The notes: generated from the letters alone by a model not told the origin. Counted from the stretch's first letter, positions 10,689-23,988 are shown. The stretch is DNA of 64,000 nt from an uncultured Gemmatimonadaceae bacterium (GCA_963790305.1 CAWBOC010000006.1:96001-160000); one strand, 5' to 3'. Numbers and translations: made by a program.

Positions 10689-11987
10689 ATGGCCGCCGTC
10701 CAGTTCGTCGTCGAGGGAGAACGTCCCCTCAAGGGCTCGATCCGCCCTTCCGGAAACAAGAACGCCGCACTTCCGATCATTTGTGCGGCACTGATTTCCG
10801 ATCAACCCGTCACCCTTCACAACGTCCCGCGCATCCGCGACGTCGAGACCCTTCTCGATCTCGTGCGCTCGCTCGATGTGAAGGCGGACTGGCGCGGCCC
10901 GAATACCCTGGAGCTCCACGCGAAGACCGTTCGCGCGGCGGCAATCGATCGCGCGCTCTCGGCGAAGATACGCGCGTCGATTCTCCTCGCGGGACCCTTG
11001 CTCGCACGCTGCGGCGAGGTGACTCTGCCGCCGCCCGGGGGCGACGTCATCGGTCGGCGTCGCGTCGATACCCACTTCCTCGCCCTGGAGCAGCTCGGGG
11101 CGACGTACGAGGTGGGCGACTCCTTCCACCTTCGGGCAAAGCAGCTCAAAGGCGCCGACGTGTTTCTCGATGAGCCGAGCGTTACGGCCACTGAGAACGC
11201 CCTCACGGCTGCCGTCGCGGCCACGGGAACGACGGTGCTTCGCAACGCCGCCAGCGAGCCGCACGTCCAGGATCTCGCGCATTTCCTGACGACGCTCGGC
11301 GCCCACATCGAGGGCATTGGGACCAACACGCTGACGATCCACGGTGGACACGCCGTTCGCGGCGGAACGCACACGATTGGCCCCGATCATATCGAGGTCG
11401 GATCGTTCATTGGGCTCGCTGCCGTGACGTGCTCCGAGATCCGGATCGAGAACGCCGGGCTCGAGCACCTGCGATCGATTCGCATGGGCTTCGAGCGGCT
11501 TGGGATCGTGTGCAAGGAAGATGGCCACGACCTCATCGTCCCAAAGGATCAGGACAAGGAGATCCGGAGCGATCTGGGCGGGCACGTGCCCAAGCTCGAG
11601 GATCAGCCCTGGCCTGCGTTCCCTGCCGACGTGATGTCGATCGCGATCGTTACCGCGACGCAGTGCAAGGGACTCATCCTGATGCACGAGAAGATGTTCG
11701 AGTCGCGGCTGTTTTTCGTCGACAAGCTCATCGGGATGGGCGCGAAGATCGTGCTCTGCGACCCGCACCGCGCCCTGGTTGCCGGACCGTCCGCGCTGCG
11801 TGGCTCAACCGTCGAATCCCCCGACATTCGCGCCGGCATGGCGATGCTGCTTGCGGCACTCTGCGCCCGCGGCACGAGCACGATCAACAACGTCGGCCAG
11901 ATCGAGCGCGGGTACGAGCGCATCGACGAGCGGCTCCGCGCGCTCGGCGCGCAGATCACGCGCGTCGAGGAGCGTCGTGGCGGCTGA
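10689..11987 (+). CDS. murA: UDP-N-acetylglucosamine 1-carboxyvinyltransferase
   Basis: [31 protein letters not shown] (Asp at the fosfomycin-target Cys position), DIRAG, IERGYE; ATG 10689. Confidence 0.95.
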   Translation: MAAVQFVVEGERPLKGSIRPSGNKNAALPIICAALISDQPVTLHNVPRIRDVETLLDLVRSLDVKADWRGPNTLELHAKTVRAAAIDRALSAKIRASILLAGPLLARCGEVTLPPPGGDVIGRRRVDTHFLALEQLGATYEVGDSFHLRAKQLKGADVFLDEPSVTATENALTAAVAATGTTVLRNAASEPHVQDLAHFLTTLGAHIEGIGTNTLTIHGGHAVRGGTHTIGPDHIEVGSFIGLAAVTCSEIRIENAGLEHLRSIRMGFERLGIVCKEDGHDLIVPKDQDKEIRSDLGGHVPKLEDQPWPAFPADVMSIAIVTATQCKGLILMHEKMFESRLFFVDKLIGMGAKIVLCDPHRALVAGPSALRGSTVESPDIRAGMAMLLAALCARGTSTINNVGQIERGYERIDERLRALGAQITRVEERRGG

Positions 11988-12681
11988 CGGGGTTCGCGAA
12001 GTCGTCGACGACTTCGCTTCGTTTGGCATTCGCGCGTTCACCACGACCCGGGCTGCCGGCACGTACGGCATGAACGGGCCCGAGCCGGTGTCGGAGGTGA
12101 TGCCCCGCTGGTACGCGATCGTCGACGAGCTGCATCCGGTCGCGCCGCGCTTCGCCACGGCTCGTCAGGTTCACGGCGCACGCGTCGTTGTGCATTCCGC
12201 CGACTGGGAAGGGTGGCTGCGCGTCGCTGAGGCCGATGGTCATGCTGCCCCCGCGCGGGGCACCGGCGCGGCGGTGTCGATTGCCGACTGCGTTCCGATC
12301 TTCATCGCGCACCCCTCGGGCGCGACGGCGCTGCTCCACTCGGGATGGCGGGGCACCGCCGCGCGGATTCTCGAGCAGGGCGTCACGTCCCTCGCGCACC
12401 GGGGCTTCGTGGCATCGGAGCTACGTGTTCATCTCGGGCCGGCGATCTGCGGGAAGTGCTATGAAGTGAGCCCCGATGTGTACCGGCTGCTGACTGGAAG
12501 AGAAGTCTCCGTCCCCACGACCGTGGACCTCCGAGCGCGCCTCGCCGAGGCGGCCCGAGATCTTGGCATCCGGCACGTGTCGACCAGCCCCTGGTGCACC
12601 CGTTGCCACAACGACCGATTCTTCTCGCACCGCGCGGGGGACGCGGGGAGGCAGATAGCGGTGATCGCGGCGGAGATCTGA
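11977..12681 (+). CDS. pgeF: YfiH/PgeF family (polyphenol oxidase/purine nucleoside phosphorylase-like)
   Basis: [40 protein letters not shown] before GTG 11977. Confidence 0.88.
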   Translation: MAADGVREVVDDFASFGIRAFTTTRAAGTYGMNGPEPVSEVMPRWYAIVDELHPVAPRFATARQVHGARVVVHSADWEGWLRVAEADGHAAPARGTGAAVSIADCVPIFIAHPSGATALLHSGWRGTAARILEQGVTSLAHRGFVASELRVHLGPAICGKCYEVSPDVYRLLTGREVSVPTTVDLRARLAEAARDLGIRHVSTSPWCTRCHNDRFFSHRAGDAGRQIAVIAAEI

Positions 12682-12715
12682 GGCACGTCCGCGTTTCGGT
12701 GCGCAAGGGTACACC

Positions 12716-12812
12716 GCATTCACCACAGAGGCACGGAGGACACAGAGAACGGCAACTGCAAACGTTTTGCAGTTGCCGTTCTCTGTGTCCTCCGTGCCTC
12801 TGTGGTGAATGC
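12716..12812. repeat. 47-bp perfect palindrome (3-nt loop) with 9-nt periodic arms
   Basis: GCATTCACCACAGAGGCACGGAGGACACAGAGAACGGCAACTGCAAA-cgt-exact reverse complement. Confidence 0.95.
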
Positions 12813-12867
12813 AATGAGACTCGTTGCGAGATCACCTACGCCATCGCGATTTGCAGGGGCGCTCAAC

Positions 12868-12896
12868 TTGACTCAATCCGCCGTCCCTCTTACCTT
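12868..12896 (+). promoter_or_regulatory. sigma70-type promoter of the rimP-nusA-infB operon
   Basis: TTGACT-17nt-TACCTT. Confidence 0.65.
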
Positions 12897-12928
12897 TACC
12901 TCCGTCTCGCCGTGGTCGGGGCGAGTTG

Positions 12929-12960
12929 AATGTGGGGAAGCTCCCCCACATTTTTTGTTT
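12929..12960 (+). promoter_or_regulatory. rimP leader hairpin/attenuator
   Basis: AATGTGGGG-aagctc-CCCCACATT followed by a U-tract just upstream of rimP. Confidence 0.7.
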
Positions 12961-12980
12961 CTTGTACCCTGCGATCTTAC

Positions 12981-13439
12981 GTGAACGACGCGCTGGAAGG
13001 GCTTGTCAGGGCGACACTTGACGAAATGCAGCTCGATCTCGTCGAAGTGCGTCGCGGCGGGTCCAGGTCCCGTCCGACGATCGATGTTCGCGTCGACCGC
13101 CGCGACGGACAGGCAGTGACCGTGGATGATTGTGCGCGCGCATCGCGTGCGCTCGAAGCGCGGTTCGACGCCGATGGAACGCTCGGCGAGCGATACGTGC
13201 TCGAGGTGTCGTCGCCCGGTGTCGAACGGCCGCTGCTCAAGCCGGCAGACTGGCAACGTTTTACCGGACGCAAGGCGAAGGTGCTGAGCGACGCGCTGGG
13301 CGGCCGCGCAGAAGTGGAAATCGTTGCGCTCGAAGGGGACACGGGCGCTGAGATCGTAGTCGTGCGCGACGGACGCGGCGCTGAGCGCCGGGTACCGCTC
13401 GCGCAGGTTCGCGAGGCGCGCCTCGCGTTTCATTGGTAG
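12981..13439 (+). CDS. rimP: Ribosome maturation factor RimP
   Basis: VTVDDCARASR, YVLEVSSPGVERPL; GTG start 12981. Confidence 0.93.
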   Translation: MNDALEGLVRATLDEMQLDLVEVRRGGSRSRPTIDVRVDRRDGQAVTVDDCARASRALEARFDADGTLGERYVLEVSSPGVERPLLKPADWQRFTGRKAKVLSDALGGRAEVEIVALEGDTGAEIVVVRDGRGAERRVPLAQVREARLAFHW

Positions 13440-13454
13440 CACTAGGAGTGGTCG

Positions 13455-14795
13455 ATGGTCAGCTCGTCTGACATCCTGAATGCGATTCGCGAGCTCGCGA
13501 ATACGAAGCAGCTCGACAAGGCCGAGCTGCATGGTCTCTTGTCCGACGGCATCTTCGCGGCCCTCGCGAAGAGCTACGGGCCGACCGTGCAGGCGGAGGT
13601 CGAGATCGATGAGGGCACCGGCGACATCCATATCGTTCGCCTGCGCACCGTCGTCGATGGCGTGACCGACGCCAGTCGCGAGATCTCGCTCGAGGAAGCG
13701 AAGTTCTACGACGAGAGCTTCGAGCCGGGCGACGTCATGGAGGATGAGATCGACTTCGCGCAGTTCGGCCGGAACGCCGTCCAGGCGGCGAAGCAACGCA
13801 TCATCCAGCGCGTTCGCGAGCGCGAGCGCACCCGCATTCGCGACGAATTCGCGACGCGCGTGGGCGACCTGCTCTCCGGTGAAGTGCAGCAGATCGAGCG
13901 CGGCAAGCTGGTCGTCATGCTGAACAAGTTCCGCGAGGCGGAAGCGATCATGCCGTATCGCGAGCAGAACCATCGCGAGCACTTCCATCAGGGCGAGCCC
14001 ATCCGTGCGGTGCTCAAGCGCGTCGAGGAGACGCCCAAGGGCCCACGACTCATCTTAAGTCGCGCCGACGGTCTCTTCGTGAAGGCGCTGTTCAAGCTCG
14101 AGGTGCCCGAGATTCAGCAGGGCATCGTCGACATTCGCGCCGTCGCGCGCGAAGTAGGCAGCCGTACGAAGATCGCCGTGTTCTCGCGCGATGACTCGAT
14201 CGACCCGGTCGGCGCCTGCGTCGGGCTCAAGGGCTCGCGCGTGCAGGCCGTTGTGAACGAGCTCGGGGGCGAGCGTATCGATATCGTCCCGTGGTCCTCG
14301 GATCCGGAGCGCTTCGCCAAGCTGGCGTTGGCGCCCGCGCGCATCGCGCGCGTGTTCAGCGACCCTGCGGCGAAGACGATTCAGGCGGTGGTCGACGAGG
14401 ATCAGCTCTCGCTCGCCATCGGCAAGAACGGGCAGAACGTTCGCCTCGCGTCGGAGCTCACGGCGTGGAAGATCGATCTGTACTCCAGCCGCGAATGGCT
14501 GGAGCGCGGTGGCGAGACGCCCTTGTTCGCCCCGCTTCCGGAAGAGGCCGATACGTCGGCGGACGTCAAGCTCTCGGAGATCCAGGGCCTTGGTCCCGCG
14601 ACGGTCGCGGTGCTCGAAGACGCTGGCTATCGCACGCTGAACGACATCATCGACCTCGAGCGCGAGGATTTCCTTCGACTGCCCGGCATTGCTCCGGAGG
14701 AGGCCGATCGCATCATGGCGATGCTGGACGAGCTCACCGAGGAAGGGAGTGGCGAAGAGAACGCCTCACAGCCTGGCGAGGGCACGACGGTCTGA
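13455..14795 (+). CDS. nusA: Transcription factor NusA
   Basis: FGRNAVQAAKQ, LEVPEI, DPVGACVG, LSLAIGKNGQNVRLAS. Confidence 0.97.
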   Translation: MVSSSDILNAIRELANTKQLDKAELHGLLSDGIFAALAKSYGPTVQAEVEIDEGTGDIHIVRLRTVVDGVTDASREISLEEAKFYDESFEPGDVMEDEIDFAQFGRNAVQAAKQRIIQRVRERERTRIRDEFATRVGDLLSGEVQQIERGKLVVMLNKFREAEAIMPYREQNHREHFHQGEPIRAVLKRVEETPKGPRLILSRADGLFVKALFKLEVPEIQQGIVDIRAVAREVGSRTKIAVFSRDDSIDPVGACVGLKGSRVQAVVNELGGERIDIVPWSSDPERFAKLALAPARIARVFSDPAAKTIQAVVDEDQLSLAIGKNGQNVRLASELTAWKIDLYSSREWLERGGETPLFAPLPEEADTSADVKLSEIQGLGPATVAVLEDAGYRTLNDIIDLEREDFLRLPGIAPEEADRIMAMLDELTEEGSGEENASQPGEGTTV

Positions 14796-15136
14796 GTGCG
14801 GGAGGACGTCGCGCAGAGAGTGCTTGGCCTGCTGGGTCTCGGAGTCCGGGGGCGACGCGCCGTCGTCGGGGTCGAGAACGTGCGCGAAGCAGCAAAACGC
14901 GGCAAATTGGTGTTGGCGGTGGTTGCGCCCGATGCGTCGCGACACAGTTTGGCAAAGGTGAAGCCTCTGCTCGAGGCGAAGCGGGTACGTATTATTGAAG
15001 GACCGGGTGCGATACAGCTCGGTGGTGCGGTGGGGCGCGACTCGACGGCGGCGGTAGGCGTAGTCGATCGCGATCTCGCGCGAGGCATTGTCGCGATCGT
15101 GGATGGGGCTCCGTCGAGCCCGACAGGAGGTAGGGT

Positions 15137-15140
<4 letters not shown>
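14796..15140 (+). CDS. L7Ae/YlxQ family RNA-binding protein
   Basis: LGLLGLGVRGRRAVVG..APDAS..LGGAVGR; between nusA and infB. Confidence 0.85.
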
Positions 15141-17863
<2,723 letters not shown>

Positions 17864-17868
17864 GCCAC

Positions 17869-18150
17869 ATGATCATCGGCGTCGTGTCCTGGGCGCTCCA
17901 CATCGCGGGCGCCCAGTCGTTGAAGGACAAGCGCGGCGTCATCAAGAGCATGAAGGACCGGATGCACAACGAGTTCAACGTGTCGGTGGCCGAGACGGCG
18001 CACCACGACACCTGGCAGACGGCCGAGCTCACCGCATGCGTCGTCGCGGTCGACCGCGTGCACGCCGAGAAGGTGCTCCGTCAGGTGGACCGATTCGTGG
18101 AGAGTAATCCGCTGTGTCGAATTACCGATTCGCAGACGAGCTTCTTGTGA
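17869..18150 (+). CDS. DUF503/YlxP family protein
   Basis: [19 protein letters not shown]; between infB and rbfA. Confidence 0.88.
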   Translation: MIIGVVSWALHIAGAQSLKDKRGVIKSMKDRMHNEFNVSVAETAHHDTWQTAELTACVVAVDRVHAEKVLRQVDRFVESNPLCRITDSQTSFL

Positions 18151-18151
18151 C

Positions 18152-18257
18152 CGACGTTGTCGAGGTTGTCGAGGTGATCAAGGTGATCGAGGCGACTTCA
18201 CCTTGTTGACCTCGACATCCTCGACACCTCGACGACCTCGACGACCTCGACGACCTC
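18152..18257. repeat. Converging 9-nt tandem arrays (imperfect palindrome)
   Basis: About 5 units of CGAGGT(T/G)(G/A)T facing about 5 units of GACCTCGAC. Confidence 0.85.
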
Positions 18258-18265
18258 TGAAGTTC

Positions 18266-18646
18266 ATGGCTGACGCCCGCCGCGCCGACCGTGTCGCCGA
18301 AGCCATCCGCGAGGAGGTCGCGACCTTCCTCGCCGATGGCGCCAAGGACCCGCGCATCGTGGGGCTCGTGACCGTCACGGGCGTCGATGTCACGCAGGAT
18401 CTCCGGCACGCCAAGGTGTTCGTCAGCGTGCTGGGCTCCGACGTCGAGAAGAAGTCGACGCTCGAGGGACTGCAGAGTGCGGCGGCTCACCTGCGCTCGC
18501 GGCTTGGGCGGTCGCTGCGCCTGCGCTTCGCCCCCGAGCTCATCTTCCAGTCCGATGCCAGCGTCGCTCGCGCGGCACGCATTGAGACACTCCTCGAGCA
18601 GATTCGCGATGGCCGCGTCCCCGCCGACGAGGAGCCCCTCGACTGA
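18266..18646 (+). CDS. rbfA: Ribosome-binding factor A
   Basis: [34 protein letters not shown]. Confidence 0.95.
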   Translation: MADARRADRVAEAIREEVATFLADGAKDPRIVGLVTVTGVDVTQDLRHAKVFVSVLGSDVEKKSTLEGLQSAAAHLRSRLGRSLRLRFAPELIFQSDASVARAARIETLLEQIRDGRVPADEEPLD

Positions 18647-19490
18647 GGGGCTCCTGCTCGTCGACAAGCCGGCCGGCATGACGTCGCACGATGTCGTTGC
18701 AATCGCCCGCCGCGCGTTAGGCGAGCGACGGATCGGGCACGCGGGCACCCTCGACCCGTTCGCGACCGGACTCCTCGTGCTGCTGACCGGCCGGACGACG
18801 CGACTCCTTCCGTACCTCGACGGCGAGCCGAAGGTATACGAGGCCCGCATCCAGTTCGGCAGCGAAACCGACACCGACGATGCCACGGGCCGCGTCGTTC
18901 GCGAGGCGCCGCCGCCGATCAGGGCGGACGTCGATCGCGCCATCGCCGCGCTCACCGGCGCCATCGATCAGGAGCCGCCCGCCTATTCCGCCAAGCAGGT
19001 GGGCGGGCAGCGCGCCTATGACGCCGCGCGCCGGGGCGTGCCAGTGAAGCTGCCGCCCTCGCGCGTCACCGTGCATTCATGGGAGGTCAAGGCACGCGCG
19101 AACGACACGCTCGACGCCGTCATCACGTGCTCCGGCGGAACCTACGTGCGCGCGCTGGCGCGCGACCTCGGGCGACAGGCGGCGAGTGCCGCGCACCTCG
19201 CGACCCTTCGTCGAACGCGTAGCGGCCCCTTCCGCGTCGGTGATGCGTGCGCGCTCGACGCATTGCGCGACGGACGCTGCGGCGCCTTACCGCCACTCCA
19301 GGCGCTGACCTCGCTCGCTGTCGAGCAGCTCGACGCAGCGAGTGCCGACCGCGCTGCGCGCGGGAACCTGGTCGATGCGACGGTGATCGGCGAGCAGGCG
19401 GCCCTCGTGGGGCCTAACGGCGAGCTGGTGGCGGTCGCGGTCCGTAGCGGAACGAGTTGGCAGCCGCGGACGGTGCTTCGCGATGCGTGA
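18609..19490 (+). CDS. truB: tRNA pseudouridine(55) synthase
   Basis: [33 protein letters not shown]. Confidence 0.95.
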   Translation: MAASPPTRSPSTEGLLLVDKPAGMTSHDVVAIARRALGERRIGHAGTLDPFATGLLVLLTGRTTRLLPYLDGEPKVYEARIQFGSETDTDDATGRVVREAPPPIRADVDRAIAALTGAIDQEPPAYSAKQVGGQRAYDAARRGVPVKLPPSRVTVHSWEVKARANDTLDAVITCSGGTYVRALARDLGRQAASAAHLATLRRTRSGPFRVGDACALDALRDGRCGALPPLQALTSLAVEQLDAASADRAARGNLVDATVIGEQAALVGPNGELVAVAVRSGTSWQPRTVLRDA

Positions 19491-20448
19491 GCGCTTCCAG
19501 GCGTGGGAGGACTCGGGCCTCCCGCCTGATACGCCGGGGACCGTGCTCACCGTCGGCACCTTCGATGGAATCCATCGCGGGCATCTCGACATCCTTCGAA
19601 CGGTTGCGTCGCGCGCCGACGCCTCCGGCATGCGCTCGGTCCTCGTCACCTTCGACCCCCATCCGCTCGAGGTGGTGAACCCGCCCGCCGCGCCCCCGCT
19701 GCTCACGGTCGGGGTCGAGAAAAGCGAGATCGTCGCCGAGAGCGGCGTGGCGTTCCTCGCCGTGCTTCCATTCGATAGGCAGCTCGCCTCGTACAGCGCG
19801 GAGCAGTTCGTCGAGGAAGTGCTTCGACACCGCTTTCTGATGAAGGAGCTCGTCATTGGATACGATCACGGCTTTGGCCGGGGTCGGGAGGGCAACGTCG
19901 ACACGCTCCGCGCCATGGGCGACGCCCGGGGGTTTCAGGTCCACGTGATCGCGCCGGTCTCCGTCTCGGATGGGAGATCGCCGCGGCCGGCGTCGTCCAC
20001 TCTCATCCGGCGCGCCGTCGCGGGAGGGGATCTCGACACCGCCGCCCGCGAGCTCGGCCGGCGGTATTCCGTGAGCGGCACCGTTCGCCCCGGCGACAGT
20101 CGGGGGCGGCTGCTCGGCTTCCCGACGATCAATCTTGGGGCCCCGCACCCAAGGAAGCTTTTGCCGCCCGAAGGGGTATATGCGGTCCTCGTCCAAACTC
20201 CCCGCGGCCCGTTCGGAGGGATGATGAACCTCGGAACACGGCCCACCTTCGGGGACACCACCGTGACGCTGGAGGCGCATCTGTTCGACGCGGATGTCGA
20301 GCTGTACGGAGCGACGGTCAAGCTGGAGTTCGTAGCGCGGCTCCGCGATGTCCGTCGGTTTCCGTCCCCGGACGCCCTGGTCGCACAGCTGCGCACCGAC
20401 GAATCGCATGCACGTCGTGCGTTGACTCTCGTCGCGGCGGGGCATTAA
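19483..20448 (+). CDS. ribF: Riboflavin kinase/FAD synthetase
   Basis: GTFDGIHRGH, GYDHGFG, GRLLGFPTIN, RPTF, EAHLFD. Confidence 0.95.
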   Translation: MRERFQAWEDSGLPPDTPGTVLTVGTFDGIHRGHLDILRTVASRADASGMRSVLVTFDPHPLEVVNPPAAPPLLTVGVEKSEIVAESGVAFLAVLPFDRQLASYSAEQFVEEVLRHRFLMKELVIGYDHGFGRGREGNVDTLRAMGDARGFQVHVIAPVSVSDGRSPRPASSTLIRRAVAGGDLDTAARELGRRYSVSGTVRPGDSRGRLLGFPTINLGAPHPRKLLPPEGVYAVLVQTPRGPFGGMMNLGTRPTFGDTTVTLEAHLFDADVELYGATVKLEFVARLRDVRRFPSPDALVAQLRTDESHARRALTLVAAGH

Positions 20449-20492
20449 CCTTCATGACTCTCCGCGCTTACATCACCTCTCTCCAGTAGCGC

Positions 20493-22163
20493 ATGAACAT
20501 CAAATCCCGCGTGGCGCTCATCGTCGCGCTGACCTTGGCATCGATCTGGGCGCTCTGGCCGCGCACGATCACCGTCCGGGAGCGCAATCCCCAGACGGGC
20601 GCCGCCGAGTACCGTGAGGTCAAGCGCATCCCGCTGAAGCTCGGTCTCGACCTTCAGGGAGGGATGCATCTCGCCCTCGAAGTCGATGAATCGAAGGGCG
20701 CCGTCGGCGACAAGTCGGATGCGCTGGACCGGGCGCTCAAGGTGGTTCGCAATCGCATCGACCAGTTCGGGGTCGCCGAGCCGGTAGTTCAGCGCGTCGG
20801 CGAGGATCGCATTGTGGTCGAGCTGCCGGGTATCGATGATCCGGAACGTGCGGAAGCGCTCATCAAGACGTCGGCGTTTCTGACCTTCCAGATCGTCGAC
20901 AAGGCGAATTCGCTCGAGCGCGCCCTCCCGCGCATCGACGCCCACCTGAAGGCCCGCAACCTCGACAGGCCGGCGGCACGCGGCGTCTCGGGCGGTGACA
21001 CCGCACGGTCGGGCGGCCTCGCCGACCTCCTCACCCCAAGCAGTGACAGTGGCGCACGCGTCGCTCAGGATTCGGCCACTGCCGATACCGGCCTGCTGTC
21101 CGGCACACGCGACGGCGCGTTCTCGCGCCTGCTGCAGCCGGGCGGGATGCCGGGCGAGTATTTCGTGTCGTTCTCTGACACCGGCCAGGTGGCGCGGTTC
21201 CTCGACATGCCTGAGGTCCAGGCGCTCGTCCCACCCGGACGCGCCATTCGGTGGGGTGCGCTGGACGACAATGCCCGGCGATCTGGATTCCGGCCGCTGT
21301 ACGTGCTCGAGTCGCGCGCGATCATTCGCGGCGATCAGCACCTCAAGGATGCCCGCCCGAACACCGATCCGATCGAAGGCAACCTCGTGTTGTTCGAGCT
21401 CACCAACGAGGGCGGTCGACGGTTCGGCGCGGAGACGGGGAAGCACATTGGGGATAACCTGGCGATCGTGCTCGACGATGTCGTGATGGGCACGCCGCCG
21501 GTCATTCAGGATGTCATTCGCACCCGCGGCCAGATCACGATGCGTGGCAAGCCGCTGCAAGAAGCGCAGGACCTTGCCCTCGTACTGCGTGCCGGCTCGC
21601 TACCCGTTCCGCTCCGCATCATGGACGTGCGGAGCCTGGGTGCAAGCCTGGGTGAGGACGCCATCGAGCAGGGCAAGCGCGCAGGCATCCTCGGCATCGT
21701 GCTCGTCGTGGCGATCATGGTGATCTACTATCGCTTCTCCGGTGTGCTCGCGGTTGCGGGGCTGGTGTTGTATGTGCTGATCACACTGGCCATTCTCGCT
21801 GGATTCGACGCTGCGCTCACGCTTCCCGGCATCGCCGGCTTCGTGCTGTCGATCGGTATGGCGGTCGACGCCAACTTCCTGATTTTCGAGCGAACACGTG
21901 AAGAGCTCGCCCGCGGGAAGACGGTGCGAACCGCCATCAACGAAGGCTTCGATCACGCGCTGAGCGCGATCATCGACACGCACGCCACGACGGCATTGAC
22001 GGCGCTGATTCTCTATCAGATCGGAACCGGTCCAGTGCGCGGCTTCGCGGTGACGCTCATCGCCGGTATTGCGGCGTCGCTGTTCACCGCGGTGTTCGTC
22101 GTGCGCACGCTCTTTCTCATCTGGCTCAACCGCTCGCGCGGCGCCCAAACCCTGAGCATCTGA
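20493..22163 (+). CDS. secD: Protein translocase subunit SecD
   Basis: LGLDLQGG, RIDQFGVAEP, LPGIAG, GMAVDAN, GPVRGFA. Confidence 0.96.
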   Translation: MNIKSRVALIVALTLASIWALWPRTITVRERNPQTGAAEYREVKRIPLKLGLDLQGGMHLALEVDESKGAVGDKSDALDRALKVVRNRIDQFGVAEPVVQRVGEDRIVVELPGIDDPERAEALIKTSAFLTFQIVDKANSLERALPRIDAHLKARNLDRPAARGVSGGDTARSGGLADLLTPSSDSGARVAQDSATADTGLLSGTRDGAFSRLLQPGGMPGEYFVSFSDTGQVARFLDMPEVQALVPPGRAIRWGALDDNARRSGFRPLYVLESRAIIRGDQHLKDARPNTDPIEGNLVLFELTNEGGRRFGAETGKHIGDNLAIVLDDVVMGTPPVIQDVIRTRGQITMRGKPLQEAQDLALVLRAGSLPVPLRIMDVRSLGASLGEDAIEQGKRAGILGIVLVVAIMVIYYRFSGVLAVAGLVLYVLITLAILAGFDAALTLPGIAGFVLSIGMAVDANFLIFERTREELARGKTVRTAINEGFDHALSAIIDTHATTALTALILYQIGTGPVRGFAVTLIAGIAASLFTAVFVVRTLFLIWLNRSRGAQTLSI

Positions 22164-23164
22164 TGCTGCGCATTCTGCACGATACCAAAGTCGACTTCAT
22201 TCGCCTGTGGCGATGGAGCACCGCGATCACGGCGCTGTTCATCGTGCCGGGACTCATCATGATCGCGATTGCCGGGTTTCGGTACAGTATCGAGTTCACC
22301 GGCGGGACGCTGATGCAGCTCGAGTTCACGACGGCGCCCGATGTCGGTGAGGTGCGCTCGGCGCTCTCCGACGCGGGGATCTCCGGCGCGGAGATCCAGA
22401 CCTTCGGATCGCCGCGTGAGCTCCAGGTGCGTGCGCAGGACGAGCAGCACGTGGAGCAGCAGTCCCTCGGTGCCGAGTCCGTCGCGCAGCGTATCCGTAC
22501 CGCGCTGGATGCGCGGTACGGCGCGAATGCCTACCGCGTGGTGCGAATGGAGGGCGTCGGCCCTCGCGTTGGTGCGGAGCTGCGTCAACAGGCGCTGCTC
22601 GCCATCGTGCTGTCGTTCGCCGCGACGTTGATCTATCTGGCGTGGCGCTTCGAGTGGCGCTTCGGCGTCGCGGCGATCATCGCCACCGTCCACGACATTC
22701 TCGCGACGCTCGCGTTCATGAGGTACATGAACCTCGAGGTCTCACTGTTCGTCGTCGGCGCGGTCCTGACGGTCATCGGCTACTCGCTCAACGATACCGT
22801 GGTGGTGTTCGACCGCGTGCGTGAGAATCTCAAGCTGCAGCGGCGCATGTCGCTCTACGACATTCTCAATCTGTCGGTGAACGAGACGATGCCGCGTACG
22901 GTCATGACCGGCTCCACCACGTTGGCGACGCTGCTCGCGCTGCTCATCTTCGGGGGCGAAGTCATTCGGCCGTTTGCGTGGGTGCTCACGTTCGGTATTC
23001 TCGTCGGTACCTTCAGCTCGATTTTCGTCGCCGGACCCGTGTTGCTCTGGATCGAGCGCAAGTGGCAGCGCCGCGCGGGTGAGAAAGGCGGGGTCTCTCA
23101 TACGCAGCTCGAGCAGTCGGGTGAAAAGAAGCGACGTGACCCGGAGCCTGTGGCCACGCGCTGA
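22163..23164 (+). CDS. secF: Protein translocase subunit SecF
   Basis: IEFTGG, VGPRVG, GYSLNDTVVVFDRVRE. Confidence 0.96.
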   Translation: MLRILHDTKVDFIRLWRWSTAITALFIVPGLIMIAIAGFRYSIEFTGGTLMQLEFTTAPDVGEVRSALSDAGISGAEIQTFGSPRELQVRAQDEQHVEQQSLGAESVAQRIRTALDARYGANAYRVVRMEGVGPRVGAELRQQALLAIVLSFAATLIYLAWRFEWRFGVAAIIATVHDILATLAFMRYMNLEVSLFVVGAVLTVIGYSLNDTVVVFDRVRENLKLQRRMSLYDILNLSVNETMPRTVMTGSTTLATLLALLIFGGEVIRPFAWVLTFGILVGTFSSIFVAGPVLLWIERKWQRRAGEKGGVSHTQLEQSGEKKRRDPEPVATR

Positions 23165-23175
23165 CGCGCCACACC

Positions 23176-23197
23176 CCCGCCGCCGAAAGGCGGCGGG
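23176..23197. repeat. GC hairpin with GAAA tetraloop (no U-tract)
   Basis: CCCGCCGCC-GAAA-GGCGGCGGG between secF and tatD. Confidence 0.6.
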
Positions 23198-23215
23198 CGT
23201 GCATCGGAGAGCCGC

Positions 23216-23986
23216 ATGATCGACAGTCACGCGCACCTGGCGGACACGGCCTTCGGGGACGAACGCGACGACGTGCTGCGTCGCGCCCGCGCGGCCGGCG
23301 TGGACGGCATTGTCTGCATCGGGGAGTCGCTCGCCGCGGCGGCTCGCGCGCGAGCGATTGCCGAGTCCAATTCGGGCGTGGTCTGGTGGACCGCGGGCGT
23401 ACATCCACATGATGCGGCGTCCTTCGACGCGCCGCGCGATCTTGCCGCGATTCGCGAGCACGTGAGTGCCGGAGCGGTGGCCGTCGGCGAATGCGGCCTC
23501 GACTACCACTATGACCATTCGCCCCGCGCCCAACAGCGTGCCGCGTTCTCCGAGCAAATCGCGCTCGCCCGCGAGCTTGGCTGTGCCGCGGTCGTGCACA
23601 CGCGCGACGCGGAGGATGACACGCGAGCGATCGTGTCGGATGCCGGTCGTCAGGGCGTGCGTGGCGTGATGCACTGCTTTACCGGCTCTCGCGATCTCGC
23701 TCGGACGGCACTCGATGCCGGCTGGTTCATCTCGTTCGCCGGAATTATCACGTTCAAGCGGTGGACCGATGACGACGTGCTGCGTCTCGTTCCTGACGAC
23801 CGGCTGCTCGTCGAGACCGACGCGCCTTACCTCGCCCCGGTGCCGCATCGCGGGAAGCGCAATGAGCCGGCGTACCTGCCGCTGACGATCGCGCGCCTCG
23901 CCGCCGCACGTGGGTCCATGCCGGAGCGTATCGCGGAGCTGACTGCCGCTAATGCGCGTAGCCTGTTCGGTCTGGCGGGCGAATAG
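23216..23986 (+). CDS. tatD: TatD family hydrolase
   Basis: IDSHAHL, GVHPH, GECGLDY, HTRDA, HCFTG, ETDAPYL. Confidence 0.93.
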   Translation: MIDSHAHLADTAFGDERDDVLRRARAAGVDGIVCIGESLAAAARARAIAESNSGVVWWTAGVHPHDAASFDAPRDLAAIREHVSAGAVAVGECGLDYHYDHSPRAQQRAAFSEQIALARELGCAAVVHTRDAEDDTRAIVSDAGRQGVRGVMHCFTGSRDLARTALDAGWFISFAGIITFKRWTDDDVLRLVPDDRLLVETDAPYLAPVPHRGKRNEPAYLPLTIARLAAARGSMPERIAELTAANARSLFGLAGE

Positions 23987-23988
23987 CG

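Noticed and set aside
18152..18257. CRISPR-like array
   Set aside because: Units are contiguous 9-mers with no unique spacers, and no cas genes are present
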